Of a stretch of 22,793 bases of DNA, positions 22,742 through 22,793 are shown piece by piece. This stretch comes from Spirogloea muscicola (Eukaryota). The DNA lies in contig WELB01000003.1 of NCBI GenBank assembly GCA_009602725.1, forward strand, positions 1,407,710-1,430,502, in the 5' to 3' direction. Under the pieces are notes generated by a model, which searched no databases, was not told the DNA's origin, and was given only the letters and a program-made list of their open reading frames with translations. The position numbers and the translations under genes are program-made. Numbering within the stretch: position 1 is the stretch's first letter; each line of letters starts with the position of its first letter.

Positions 22742-22793
22742 CCTCCCTCTCTCATTCCTCCCTCCCTCTTCCTTCTCCCTCCCTCCCCCCCCC
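22742..22793. repeat. Pyrimidine-rich low-complexity tract in an intron of the PAO-like gene
   Basis: CCTCCCTCTCTC...CCCCCCCC at the window end. Confidence 0.7.

Overview
Eukaryotic, intron-rich, GC-rich genomic DNA with plant-type genes, most likely a streptophyte green alga (inference from gene content and protein sequences). The right part (10.8-22.8 kb) holds four spliced genes reconstructed exon by exon: V-ATPase subunit B (minus, 14 exons, 498 aa), a head-to-head CYP21-4-like membrane-anchored cyclophilin (plus), eIF3k (plus, 9 exons) and the 3' end of a convergent PAO/PTC52/TIC55-family Rieske oxygenase (minus). The left part (1-8.3 kb) is repeat-rich. It has a damaged, C-terminally truncated TFIIB copy whose start lies in an assembly gap, a fragment of an RLE-type (CRE-like) non-LTR retrotransposon, a ~112-bp minisatellite, and many diverged pieces of a non-coding modular repeat family. 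That family includes a ~750-bp foldback unit with an internal copy of its terminus, recurrent GGCTG-N8-CAGCC hairpins and two identical 65-bp copies, and it recurs between CYP and eIF3k. The most notable points are the CYP21-4-type protein with an apparently intact PPIase site, the unclassified repeat family, the decaying TFIIB copy, two GC-AG introns and a 3'UTR intron 1 nt after a stop codon. No prokaryotic system, CRISPR array or RNA gene is supported. Family assignments come from motif recognition from memory, not from database searches.
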